Shown one piece after another: positions 11,030 to 20,310 of a stretch of DNA of 64,000 nt. Source of the stretch: Candidatus Obscuribacteraceae bacterium. Its GTDB lineage: Bacteria > Cyanobacteriota > Vampirovibrionia > Obscuribacterales > Obscuribacteraceae. The notes under the pieces were generated by a model. It saw only the letters and a list, made by a program, of their open reading frames with translations, was not told the DNA's origin and ran no database searches. Numbering within the stretch: position 1 is the stretch's first letter; each line of letters opens with the position of its first letter. The translations under genes were made by a program, and so were the position numbers. The DNA lies in the NCBI GenBank assembly GCA_044229845.1, contig JBGASG010000011.1, positions 1 through 64,000 of the forward strand. Reading direction: 5' to 3'.

Positions 11030-12400
11030 TTACATGGATTTGATTTCATCCAGCTTGCGCAGGCGTTCTTGAAGGATCTGGCTGGGCAACTCGCCCCGAC
11101 TGCGCAACTCCCGGTTTCTCAAGATGCCTCGAATGGCGGTATAGGGCGTATTAATCAGCGAATATGCCTGCCCGGTGCCGTGGGTGATACGGCCCGCGAA
11201 TCCCAATTTGTTGGCAGTGTCGAAGTCATCGTGGTACTTGAAAACAGCGATGGTGGCCAGCGTCGAGCTGGTCACCCCGGTCAGCCCGATCAGTGGACCC
11301 GAAATAGATTGCTGCTGGGCCACCTGCCGATACCGCTCAATCTGTTTGGTCTCGCGATCCAGCTGTGCATCGAGCAAACCACTGCGATTGGTGAGGTTGG
11401 CGACCTTTTGCAACCACTTGCCGTGGTCTTCGGACTGCGACTGGGCACAGAGCATTTGCTGCAACTCGTCGAGGTCGTCAGCGAGCAATGCGGGCCGTTC
11501 GTTGCCGATTTCTTTTGCCAGTTTCTTCTCCTGATACTTGCGAATCGCGATGCCGGCGAGATTGCGCACGATCGGGTTGACTGTCGCCACTGAGTTGCCG
11601 ACCAAACCGCAAATCACGGCCGGACGCGCAGCCTGTCGATTGGTAAAAGACTTCATCGCCAGGATTGCGCCGGACATGCGCGTGAAGTTTTGCGCTGAGT
11701 CGAGCGTGTAGAAAGTGTTTTCGCGCCACGCCTGATATCGCGAGTGACAGCTCCAATTTGAGTACTCGAAGACCAGTTGCTGGCGAATGCGACGCACCAG
11801 TTTTGTCTCCAGTTCCATGACGCGACGTCGCTCTTCGATCGGTTGAGCGGCGACCAGACTTTCGCGCGTCTTCAACAATGCGTCGGTGGAGGCGATGATG
11901 CGCTTGACGAACGCCAGCGAACGTCCGGGTGAGAAACCTTTGCGCTTCGCCTGCATCATGACCCATGTATTTTGCGCCAGTTCCAGAGCCGAGGCACCAC
12001 CACTAATGGCATTGCCGGTGATGCCGCATGCCACCGCTCTTTTCAGCGTCGGTCTGGAGATGCGAGCTGGACTGTCGAGCCCCTGAGACAACTGGGTCAA
12101 GTCGATGATGGTGCCGGTGAACGTGAGCGCGGTGCCCGCCTCCCTGCCAAGAGGGTAGGTGACGCTTCTCCACTTCTGGTGCCGGTTTGATTCCAGCTGA
12201 AAGTGCGCGTTGAACTTAGCCAGCTCGACAAGTTCAAGAAACAGCCGGCGATCGATCTCCGCCAGCGCCGCTGCATCGAATGAACTATCGGCGCCGCGGA
12301 CAGCAGGAGCAGCGGCGGTCGCGATCACAATAAAAAGGCAACACAGCAAAAACTGCTTGAATGCATGGTGCTTGATTGGTGCCTTCAACATCAACCGCAT
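11030..12400 (-). CDS. Secreted helical hypothetical protein
   Basis: 456-aa ORF, signal peptide, three Gly/Ala/Thr-rich hydrophobic blocks separated by charged helices. Confidence 0.75.
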   Translation of the reverse strand: MRLMLKAPIKHHAFKQFLLCCLFIVIATAAAPAVRGADSSFDAAALAEIDRRLFLELVELAKFNAHFQLESNRHQKWRSVTYPLGREAGTALTFTGTIIDLTQLSQGLDSPARISRPTLKRAVACGITGNAISGGASALELAQNTWVMMQAKRKGFSPGRSLAFVKRIIASTDALLKTRESLVAAQPIEERRRVMELETKLVRRIRQQLVFEYSNWSCHSRYQAWRENTFYTLDSAQNFTRMSGAILAMKSFTNRQAARPAVICGLVGNSVATVNPIVRNLAGIAIRKYQEKKLAKEIGNERPALLADDLDELQQMLCAQSQSEDHGKWLQKVANLTNRSGLLDAQLDRETKQIERYRQVAQQQSISGPLIGLTGVTSSTLATIAVFKYHDDFDTANKLGFAGRITHGTGQAYSLINTPYTAIRGILRNRELRSRGELPSQILQERLRKLDEIKSM

Positions 12401-12450
12401 TTTACTACGAGTTGACCGGTGCCGGCGCTCAGTTGAGTCCCAGCTGGGTT

Positions 12451-12879
12451 CTAGCTGGGCTGAGCAGGAGGCTGTTCGTGATGCAGCGTGGTGTGCCCGA
12501 ATTGCATCATCACCATTTGCCGTGACTTGCCGTGCAATCCGCTGTAAGCCAGTTCTTTATGCGAACTGCCGAAGACAACGTGTTCATAGGTGAGATTGCC
12601 GCGCGCGTCGACCTGCAGGTTGTACACGGTAGCTTCCAATCGCTCAGGGCTGTATCGAGTCCATGATGAGCCGTCGGCATTGCGCACAAACCCGGCTGCA
12701 TTCGCGTCGATAATTCTCAATATGCCGTTGGCATCCCATTCAATGGTCCGCAATGCATTTCCTTTCTCATCAAGTATCTGCATGCACTTGCTATCAACGT
12801 CGGGGGTCACGTTATTACCTCTGCCAAAAATATGTTCTATGCGGAGACCTGCAGTGACGTGCTCACTGCTCCGCTTCAA
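12451..12879 (-). CDS. Hypothetical protein (beta-rich; possibly a fragment)
   Basis: ORF with NADGSSW..VDARGNLTY beta-hairpin-like segments; start uncertain. Confidence 0.45.
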   Translation of the reverse strand: MKRSSEHVTAGLRIEHIFGRGNNVTPDVDSKCMQILDEKGNALRTIEWDANGILRIIDANAAGFVRNADGSSWTRYSPERLEATVYNLQVDARGNLTYEHVVFGSSHKELAYSGLHGKSRQMVMMQFGHTTLHHEQPPAQPS

Positions 12880-12941
12880 TGTCGATGAAGGTGTGGAATC
12901 CGCGACAGGGGAATCGCGGTGGATTTGTCGACTATGCTAGT

Positions 12942-12999
12942 TTCCCCCGCCTCAAGGAACAGTACGTTATTACGCACTATTTCCTCTGAGGCGGGGGAA
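12942..12999. repeat. Long imperfect inverted repeat/hairpin
   Basis: TTCCCCCGCCTCA-AGGAA (12942-12959) pairs with TTCCT-C-TGAGGCGGGGGAA (12981-12999); inner AGT/ACT and CGT/ACG pairs. Confidence 0.8.
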
Positions 13000-13287
13000 G
13001 AATACGAAGGTCGCCGGGCTGCGGTCCCGATTTCCTTCTCTCGTTCAGCGGGGATCAGTTAAGTCGGTAGCTTTGTTGAGAAGTTTTATCTCTTTTTCGG
13101 TCAGTTGCGAGTCGTGGTTCGCGTCGCTTGCTTCGAATACATCACGCAAGCCTGTGTAGAAGGAATGCGTGGCATAATCGCTGTCCATTTCTTGCGGGGG
13201 TAATCCCAATGTACAGCCAATCCCGCCACAAACAAGTGTGGCTACCCACACTGCCAGATCGACTGTCAGGACCAGTCCATCGAACTT

Positions 13288-14445
13288 TTAGACAGCACTC
13301 AGAGTCAATGTGAATCGAGCACCTTGATCGATTCTGCTCTTGCACGAAAGAAACCCGCCGTGCGCACGAGCAATTTCTGAGCACAGACAGAGCCCGGCAC
13401 CGGTGACCGGAGCGTATCGCCCTGAGGCTGATGCCTGAAAGAATCGCGTAAACAAATTGGGTAAATCCTCTGGAGCGATTCCTCTTCCATCATCCGCCAC
13501 CGCAATGTCGACATGATTATTAGTGCGCACCACTGATATCGAGACACTGGACCGGGCATGCCGGAGGGCGTTTTCAGTCAGGTGTTTCAATAGTTTGCTG
13601 ATCTCGGCTCGATCGACACGTACATTGGTTCGGCTGGACTGACCATCATTGATTTTCAACTGCAGCTGGATACCCCTTTTAAGACAGCCGCTTTTCAGCT
13701 CTGAAATGGGCTGAACGAGCAAATCAGTGACCGCACAGTCCTCCAGGTTTAGGTTGGCCCGATTATTTTTGTACCTGTATAAATCGAGAAGTATAGACAA
13801 CAATCGGCTGATGTCCCGGCTGTTATCACGCATCGCCAGCAGCGTCTCTGTTTGCTGCTCGTTGAGCGAACCAAAAGCACCATCCAGAAGCAATTCGCTG
13901 ACCCGCACATTGGCCAAAACCGGAGTATTCAGGCGGTGTTGCAGAACAGACAAAAAGTCTTCCACGAGGGCTGCCAGTTTCTCCTCTGCTTCCTGACGCT
14001 CGCTAAGATCGGTGAAAGTGACCACCATCGTGCCTGCTGCATCGCCCTTGGTGGCTGGCCAAACAGACCACCGCAGCATGCGGTGGCGTCCAGTCGGATG
14101 GCGGTACAACGCCTCCCCCGAGAGAGGGTATTGGGCATCGATCAGAGTTGCGGTCAGGCTCGGCGAGGAGCCGGTGGGAATCAGGCTGGACGCGAGCAAT
14201 GCACCAAGGGAGAGCCCTTGCATAGACTCGGGTTGCACACCCAAAACAACCTCACAGGTATGATTTGCCCAGAGTACGAGACGGTTCCTATCGAGTTCAA
14301 TGACGGACTGATCCGAGACATCCAACATCCGCTCAAAGCGATGCGGTGCGTGAGACTCCTGCGGTTTAGGTTGATTGTGCACCAGCGCGGCCCTTCTTCG
14401 ATGCCAGCTCCGTCTGTTAAATTGATTATTGCGAATCGGACTCAT
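13288..14445 (-). CDS. PAS-domain histidine kinase with atypical H-box
   Basis: PAS (LWANHTC..VLG), H-box DFLSVLQHRLNTP, N-box LTENALRH, G1 DDGRGI, G2 TGAGL; ATG at 14445 with GGAG RBS (ORF track extends to 14577). Confidence 0.88.
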   Translation of the reverse strand: MSPIRNNQFNRRSWHRRRAALVHNQPKPQESHAPHRFERMLDVSDQSVIELDRNRLVLWANHTCEVVLGVQPESMQGLSLGALLASSLIPTGSSPSLTATLIDAQYPLSGEALYRHPTGRHRMLRWSVWPATKGDAAGTMVVTFTDLSERQEAEEKLAALVEDFLSVLQHRLNTPVLANVRVSELLLDGAFGSLNEQQTETLLAMRDNSRDISRLLSILLDLYRYKNNRANLNLEDCAVTDLLVQPISELKSGCLKRGIQLQLKINDGQSSRTNVRVDRAEISKLLKHLTENALRHARSSVSISVVRTNNHVDIAVADDGRGIAPEDLPNLFTRFFQASASGRYAPVTGAGLCLCSEIARAHGGFLSCKSRIDQGARFTLTLSAV

Positions 14446-14485
14446 CTCCACTTCCACCAAAGGACGTAAGTTTGCATGGTACGCA

Positions 14486-14501
14486 TGGCCCGTTAGGCTG
14501 A
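14486..14501. promoter_or_regulatory. Island palindromic box (TGGCCC-GTTA-GGCTGA)
   Basis: Partial match to TCAKCC-N4-GGMTGA, 78 bp upstream of the response regulator start, in the divergent HK/RR intergenic region. Confidence 0.55.
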
Positions 14502-14579
14502 CTTGTCGCGGCTTGTCAAACCCCGGCGCTTGCAAGTATCGGTATGCTTTAATTCTCCATGACCGTGGGAGTGTCAACT

Positions 14580-15308
14580 ATGACAACTGACAACTCGGAA
14601 GACTCCATTATCAAAGTGGTCCTGGTAGAGGATCACCTGCTTACACGCATCGGGCTGAAAACCGTCATAGAACGCACGCCTGACATTCGCGTGATTGGCG
14701 AAGCCGAAAACGGCGAAGAAGCCGTGCAAAAAGTAAAAGAGTTAAAGCCGGACGTCGTATTAATGGACGTCGGCATGCCGATCATGGACGGTATCGAGGC
14801 TTCTAAACTGATCTCCAGCAGCACCGACGGCGTCGGTATTATTATGCTCACTTCTCATGATAACGAACGCGATATTTTTGCTTCTCTAGCGGCCGGAGCC
14901 TCCGGGTATTGCTTGAAAGACGTAGAACCGGAGCGTCTTTACACCGCCATTCGCAGCGTGCAGAAAGGTGACAGTTGGCTTGATTCGGCGATAGCGGCGA
15001 AGGTGCTCAAACAACAATCTGCCGTGCCCCACCCCGCACCGGCTGCGGGCAGCCCGACCGGAGCCGGAAGCACAGGCTCGGGTCCCGACGTGACGAAAGC
15101 ACAGCAAGGATTGCCGGAGCCTCTGTCGCCCCGCGAGTTGGAAGTGCTGAACCTTCTGGTTGAAGGACTTTCCAATCAAGAGATAGCCGACAAACTGATC
15201 ATTTCGCTAGCGACCGCTAAAACGCACGTTCGCAACATTCTGAACAAGCTGGCCGTCGATGACCGCACCCAGGCGGCCGTTCACGCAATGCGGCGCGGAC
15301 TGGTCTAA
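14580..15308 (+). CDS. NarL/LiaR-family DNA-binding response regulator
   Basis: REC domain (VEDH, LMDVGMP, LTSHD, YCLKD) and LuxR HTH LSPRELEVL..GLSNQEIA..TAKTHVRNILNKL..DRTQAA. Confidence 0.96.
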   Translation: MTTDNSEDSIIKVVLVEDHLLTRIGLKTVIERTPDIRVIGEAENGEEAVQKVKELKPDVVLMDVGMPIMDGIEASKLISSSTDGVGIIMLTSHDNERDIFASLAAGASGYCLKDVEPERLYTAIRSVQKGDSWLDSAIAAKVLKQQSAVPHPAPAAGSPTGAGSTGSGPDVTKAQQGLPEPLSPRELEVLNLLVEGLSNQEIADKLIISLATAKTHVRNILNKLAVDDRTQAAVHAMRRGLV

Positions 15309-15342
15309 GCACTCCCTCAATACGTCCTTTGACACACCGAAG

Positions 15343-15358
15343 TCAGTCGTAAGGTTGA
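15343..15358. promoter_or_regulatory. Island palindromic box (TCAGTC-GTAA-GGTTGA)
   Basis: Motif match 80 bp upstream of the USP start at 15439. Confidence 0.65.
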
Positions 15359-15438
15359 TTACGGCAGGCACTGCCTGTGCGACATTGGAATGGTGACGCA
15401 TGGCGTCGGTGCAGTTCTATGCCGCAGAGGTTGATCAA

Positions 15439-15951
15439 ATGAAAGTCCTGGTTCCGGTCGAAGATAAAGAATTCGGACAACACATCGTCGATTACATCAT
15501 CACTTGCAAATGGCCGGCGGACACAGAGTTTTGTGTATTCAACGCGATAGATCCCAACCGCCTCGATCATTTTGCGGAAATCTCATTTGGCGAGTTTCTG
15601 GAAGAAGTAGCAACTCAAGAGCGAGCCGACGCGCAGAGACTAGTCGCTCTGATAGTCGGACAGTTGCGCGACTCCATGAAAAACGCCGTAATCACCACCA
15701 AGGTCGTCGAAGGACATCCCAAAGACGAGGTTCTGCGCGCCGCTAAAGAATGGCCGGCCGACCTGATTGTCATCGGCTCTCATGGCAGAAACGCCGTGCA
15801 GAGATTTCTGCTCGGAAGCGTGTCGATGGCGGTGATCGGCGCTGCACCGTGCTCAGTGCTGCTCGTCAGGGCCAAAAACACTGCCGCGCCAGTCGCCGTT
15901 GAGAAACAAGAAGCCACCGCCACCAGTGGCAAAATGCACATCATTATTTAG
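15439..15951 (+). CDS. Universal stress protein
   Basis: MKVLVPVE start; G-x2-G-x9-GS motif (IGSHGRNAVQRFLLGSVS); APCSVLLVR. Confidence 0.93.
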   Translation: MKVLVPVEDKEFGQHIVDYIITCKWPADTEFCVFNAIDPNRLDHFAEISFGEFLEEVATQERADAQRLVALIVGQLRDSMKNAVITTKVVEGHPKDEVLRAAKEWPADLIVIGSHGRNAVQRFLLGSVSMAVIGAAPCSVLLVRAKNTAAPVAVEKQEATATSGKMHIII

Positions 15952-15964
15952 AGCGAGTTGGAAA

Positions 15965-16492
15965 ATGAAGATATTAATTGCCATTGAAAGCGAAACCTGC
16001 GCCAAGTCGATTGCTCGATTTATGGCCGAGCACTATTGGGGGGCAAATACCCACTTCAATGTTCTGAAAGTCTTGCCTCCATTGCGCGCCACAGCACCAT
16101 ATAATCTCTTGCCGTCCCCTGTACTGGACGACCTCGAACAGGAAACAAGAGCGATCGCAGAATCGTTCGTAAAAAGAGTAGCCGGCGCAATTTTGGACGA
16201 ATTGCATACCGAGCACGTTGATTGGCAGTTGCGTGATGGATTTGTTGCGGAGACGATCTTGGAAGCAGCCACTGAAATGCAGGCAGATCTGATCGTGCTT
16301 GGTTGTGGGCACAGGTCTCACAAATCGGTGTTCGGGCTCTATGGCTCCGTGCTCGGCGATGTTGCTGCGCACGCACAGTGTCCGGTTCTGGTCATCCGTC
16401 CACCGGTGGAAGAAACTTGCGCAGAGCCTTGCGCGCCGGAATCTGAGAAAGCCACAATCGGCGCGCCAGAAAAGACAGCTGCCCCGACCTAA
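15965..16492 (+). CDS. Universal stress protein
   Basis: MKILIAIE; ADLIVLGCGHR..GSV; AQCPVLVIR. Confidence 0.9.
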   Translation: MKILIAIESETCAKSIARFMAEHYWGANTHFNVLKVLPPLRATAPYNLLPSPVLDDLEQETRAIAESFVKRVAGAILDELHTEHVDWQLRDGFVAETILEAATEMQADLIVLGCGHRSHKSVFGLYGSVLGDVAAHAQCPVLVIRPPVEETCAEPCAPESEKATIGAPEKTAAPT

Positions 16493-16875
16493 CCGGTAGG
16501 GGGCGTAGACTTTCCAGTGGCTTGCTTGAGTTTTAGCGACTCCAGAGTCTTAACGTAGTTATACAGCGCCTTGAGCGCTTTCGGATTCTTGCAGAGATTG
16601 TCGTAGTACGGCATGTGTCCGCTCGGGCTGTTCAAATAGTCCTTGAAGAGCGCAAAGCTATTGAGTTTTTTTGACTCTACAAGACTCTTGCTGGGTTTAA
16701 TGATGTTGCCGCCGGCAACGTGACACGACGCGCAATACTGCTGGAAAGTCTCCTGCCCGGTGGCCTTCTTGGGCTTAGCCTCTGCCGGCTGAAGTCCAGC
16801 CTGTATCGCCAAAAGGGCACAAGTCAAGGCGCTCGCGGTTACCAAAATCCGGAGCACAAAGACGGCGTTTTTCAT
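16489..16875 (-). CDS. Monohaem cytochrome c, cytochrome c6-like
   Basis: Signal peptide (AEA), GQETFQQYCASCHVAGGNII..K.L and distal MP, resembling the c6 family pattern. Confidence 0.85.
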   Translation of the reverse strand: MKNAVFVLRILVTASALTCALLAIQAGLQPAEAKPKKATGQETFQQYCASCHVAGGNIIKPSKSLVESKKLNSFALFKDYLNSPSGHMPYYDNLCKNPKALKALYNYVKTLESLKLKQATGKSTPPTG

Positions 16876-16948
16876 TGAATGTCGTACTCCCTTTTTAGCT
16901 CTGGCTGAAGCGTACAGCAGTCTGCTTCGATCATCAACCGGTTAGTTA

Positions 16949-17314
16949 TCACGCGATGCGGGCAGCATTAGGCGGCTGATTGTCTCGTTCCACGACTTCT
17001 TCGTCATCAGGTTGCGCCAGTTCCAGCAGCTTTCGATAGTTTCTCATCGCCTGCCGCATTTCTGGAGCGTCAACCGGCATGCGACGCGACTTGCTCTGCA
17101 GGTCTTGCCCGTAAAAGCGCGCGGCAGTGACAAACTGTCCTTGCTGGCAAGCCATGCCCGCCAGCCGCACCAGTATCTGCTCCCGCGTGGCACATGTGAT
17201 GCTGCGAAATCTCAAAACACTCAGAAGCAATTGCTCAGCCGTGGACATATCGCCGGCGGCGTAGGCTTCGTCTGCGAGCCGCATAAACTCACTGGCAGTA
17301 TCGACAGTAATCAT
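16949..17314 (-). CDS. Small TPR-like hypothetical protein
   Basis: Helical pattern ADEAYAAGDMSTAEQLL; likely ATG 17314. Confidence 0.6.
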   Translation of the reverse strand: MITVDTASEFMRLADEAYAAGDMSTAEQLLLSVLRFRSITCATREQILVRLAGMACQQGQFVTAARFYGQDLQSKSRRMPVDAPEMRQAMRNYRKLLELAQPDDEEVVERDNQPPNAARIA

Positions 17315-17375
17315 GAGAGAGCACCGGGTTTCCTGTTTCTTATCTGAGTATGCGATTTTTTCGACTCGCCTCACA

Positions 17376-17414
17376 ACAGCCCAGAGGATGATCGCAGAGC
17401 CGTCTTTAGGACGA
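17376..17414. promoter_or_regulatory. Tandem island boxes (ACAGCC-CAGA-GGATGA; GCCGTC-TTTA-GGACGA)
   Basis: Boxes at 17376-17391 and 17399-17414; the first ends 83 bp upstream of the USP start at 17475. Confidence 0.65.
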
Positions 17415-17474
17415 GGCTAAATCTTGTTTTCGAGAGCACCATTAGGAGCGAGCTCCCAGGACAGGGAAAGAGTC

Positions 17475-18455
17475 ATGAATAATGGAAAAACCGGAAATAA
17501 GCTTTTGCTGGCATTGGATGCGGCGCTGCCGGCGCGCCACGCCGCGGAGACCGTATGGCGGATAGCCGCTACCACCGGCTGCGCCGTGGAGGCGGTCTGC
17601 GTGGTAAACCCGGATGCAGTTCAAGAGTTTATAGGTGGCACCGAACCCGGTCTGGTTGCTGTCGACACGTTTCTCGACTGCCGCGAACAAATCCTAAACC
17701 AATTGCGAGCAATTGCAGACAGCACTGCGGCAGCTTTCGAGGAAGACTCACGGCAACGCGGTATGCCCAGCAAATGCTCCGTCATCGTCGGCGATCCGCT
17801 GGAGCAATTAGGCAACCTATCTGATCGCTTCGACCTGGTCGTTGTCGGACACGGCATCAGTCGGCTGCCTTCCGAACTTACTCATTCCACCTTTGCAAAG
17901 CTGTCATTAGCGGAACAGATTGCCCATAGCTCAACAGCTCCTCTTTTAGTCGTGCAACAGCCGGGAGCCAGCTGGAATGCCACCACTATCCTTTTGTCTC
18001 CAGACCATATCAACGAACTGTACATCACCGAAACGCTGGGCTTTTCACGCGCACTGGACGTCGATCCGGAAATCCTCTTACTTTGCAGTGGCGTGGGCGA
18101 AGAAGGCTGGGTCGACCTGACCCACGATTTGCGCCAGGCCAATCCCGATCTGAAGGACGTAACCATAGGCACGATCCCCTGGCAAATTGGGCCACTCTGG
18201 TCACTGCAATCATACTGGGACGTTCCGTCCCCACACCCCTTTCACCTGGAACACACAACCATTCCTGTGATTCCGACACGCAAAGTGGGCGAGCGGCGCA
18301 TCACGCTGTTCGGAAATTCAGTCACGCTTTGGGTGAGATATCTAACAGAAGCACCGGCGATGCTGTTCTTCCCGGAAGAACGCAGCGGCAGATTCTCGTG
18401 GTCACAGTTGCAGGACTCTGTAATCACAGGTCCAAAGCCGGCACTGCTTGATTGA
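17475..18455 (+). CDS. Universal stress protein (divergent two-domain type)
   Basis: KLLLALD, VGDP, FDLVVVGHG, LAEQIAHSSTAPLLVV. Confidence 0.8.
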   Translation: MNNGKTGNKLLLALDAALPARHAAETVWRIAATTGCAVEAVCVVNPDAVQEFIGGTEPGLVAVDTFLDCREQILNQLRAIADSTAAAFEEDSRQRGMPSKCSVIVGDPLEQLGNLSDRFDLVVVGHGISRLPSELTHSTFAKLSLAEQIAHSSTAPLLVVQQPGASWNATTILLSPDHINELYITETLGFSRALDVDPEILLLCSGVGEEGWVDLTHDLRQANPDLKDVTIGTIPWQIGPLWSLQSYWDVPSPHPFHLEHTTIPVIPTRKVGERRITLFGNSVTLWVRYLTEAPAMLFFPEERSGRFSWSQLQDSVITGPKPALLD

Positions 18456-18467
18456 AACACGCTCGCC

Positions 18468-18530
18468 TCCACCATGCGGATGACTCAAGTTTCACACCTT
18501 CAGCAGAACATTGATCAGCCCTTAGGGGGA
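18468..18530. promoter_or_regulatory. Two island boxes (TCCACC-ATGC-GGATGA; TCAGCC-CTTA-GGGGGA)
   Basis: 18468-18483 and 18515-18530; the second ends 73 bp upstream of the USP start at 18604. Confidence 0.65.
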
Positions 18531-18603
18531 CAAAATGCCGGTGCCCCGAGACGACAATAGCAATAGCAGTATCACTAACCAAACCAGACTGAGGAATAAG
18601 GCT

Positions 18604-19455
18604 ATGACGTTCGAGAAAATTTTGGTTGCGCTGGACGGGTCCAAATTCAGCCAGGTTGCCGGTGAGTATGCGTTCTGGCTGGCGTCTGAGCTGGATGCTT
18701 CACTGACCGCGCAGCATGTGGTCGATCCGCGCCTGGTTGAACTGTTTGTAGCGCCCGAGTTCGCGGAAGAGCTGGGATTCACTCAATCAGTTGAGACGAG
18801 CGAGAAAGTCTACGCGGCAATTCGCAAAGTCGGCAAAACGATCCTCAATTTGTTTGGAACCGAAGCTCTCTCACGGGCTGTCAAAACGCACTGCATGCTC
18901 GACGAAGGTAACATAGTCGAGGAGATCGTAGGGCGCAGCGCGGATTTCGATCTGGTTGTGATCGGGCACCGCGGGCGAGGCGAAAGAAAACTGCCGGCCG
19001 AACTCGTCGTCGGCTCGATCGCTGAGCGCGTTGCAGTTTCAAGCAAGAAACCGACGTTAATCGCCGTACAACCTGTCAGTGAAGTGAAACAAATCATGGT
19101 GGCTTTTGACGGCAGCGAACCGGCCCGCGGCGCCCTGCTGATGGCAGAGAATCTGGCCAAGAACCTGTCGAAGCCCCTCAAAGCAGTAGTCGTAGTCGAC
19201 AGCAAGAAACAGGTCCCGGAAGGAACAGCAGTCTGTGAACAAGGGACCGAGCTGTTACGCGAATACTGGCCGGAAGATGTGTTCTGCCTCAAAACAGGTA
19301 AGCCGGCTAAAGTGCTTCGTGAGTATGCGAAAGAAACAGACAGCCTGCTGGTCGTGGGCGCATACGGCTTCAAGACACCTGAAGAGAATGTACTCGGAAG
19401 CACTACCACTCAGTTGGTGCGTAAAGCTGAAAGCAGCGTGCTGCTCTATCGCTAG
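18604..19455 (+). CDS. Tandem-domain universal stress protein
   Basis: FEKILVALDGS…DLVVIGHRG…VGSIAERV; second domain IMVAFDGSE…VVGAYG…LGSTT. Confidence 0.93.
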   Translation: MTFEKILVALDGSKFSQVAGEYAFWLASELDASLTAQHVVDPRLVELFVAPEFAEELGFTQSVETSEKVYAAIRKVGKTILNLFGTEALSRAVKTHCMLDEGNIVEEIVGRSADFDLVVIGHRGRGERKLPAELVVGSIAERVAVSSKKPTLIAVQPVSEVKQIMVAFDGSEPARGALLMAENLAKNLSKPLKAVVVVDSKKQVPEGTAVCEQGTELLREYWPEDVFCLKTGKPAKVLREYAKETDSLLVVGAYGFKTPEENVLGSTTTQLVRKAESSVLLYR

Positions 19456-19470
19456 TCGAAAGTCAAAGAG

Positions 19471-20310
19471 TCACTTGTGCTTAGCTGGGGCTGGTCTATT
19501 CGGCAGAGTCAGCAAAAACGCTGTGATCTTATCGATGTCAGCTTGCGGCAGGTTGAACTTCGGCATCATAGACGGGCGCTCCATGTGATCGCCTCGAGTC
19601 CGGACAATGTTAACCTCCGGATTCTTCACCTGCGAGGCGATGTAGGCAGCGCTGCGCCGTTCACCAATGCCGTCCAGGGACGGTCCGAACCAGCCTCCGA
19701 TGCCGGCGATCGAATGGCAGGCGGCGCAACCGTGATCGGAGAAAATCTTTGCTCCTTGCCTCGACTTCGTGGACGGCGGCTGGGGCTTGAAGCCTGGCTT
19801 TGCCGGCGGAGTTTCGTGAGACGCGATCTTATGGGCCCGAATTTCAAAACCTTCTTCCGGCGCAGGTAAAGTCAGCAAATACTTGACGACAGGCAAGGCT
19901 TTTGCTTCTGGCAGCTTAGGATGCGCCATCAATTCAGGCATGCCGTACAAGCGATCAAACTCCTTCTGACGACCAGGATCTGCAGAAAGACGAGTGAGCA
20001 GAAAGTGTTCGTCGCGCACACCACCGACAGCATCGAGGGGCGGTCCCAGACAACCTCCTTTACCTTCGATCGAATGACAATTGGCACAAGTCAGCTGGGC
20101 GTAGATTTGTTTGCCTTTTTCGCTATCAGCTGAAGCAGCGGCCGGCGTATAAGTAATTTTCTTGACCAGAACGTCGTGCTCAATTGCATCGTCTTCAGGA
20201 CCGGCAAGCGACGAACGCAAACTGCTGGCAACCAGCGACAGACAAAGCGCTCCCACCACAACCAGACCAGAGACAATGGGAGTCTCAATGGGCGACAACC
20301 GCACCTTCAT
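19471..20310 (-). CDS. Membrane-anchored dihaem cytochrome c
   Basis: N-terminal TM; CANCH and CAACH, each followed by GP.LD; start ATG 20310 or 20331. Confidence 0.88.
   Translation of the reverse strand: MKVRLSPIETPIVSGLVVVGALCLSLVASSLRSSLAGPEDDAIEHDVLVKKITYTPAAASADSEKGKQIYAQLTCANCHSIEGKGGCLGPPLDAVGGVRDEHFLLTRLSADPGRQKEFDRLYGMPELMAHPKLPEAKALPVVKYLLTLPAPEEGFEIRAHKIASHETPPAKPGFKPQPPSTKSRQGAKIFSDHGCAACHSIAGIGGWFGPSLDGIGERRSAAYIASQVKNPEVNIVRTRGDHMERPSMMPKFNLPQADIDKITAFLLTLPNRPAPAKHK

Noticed and set aside
12942..12999. Integron attC site
   Set aside because: Bottom-strand hairpin with bulges, but it lacks RYYYAAC/GTTRRRY ends, and there is no integrase or cassette array.
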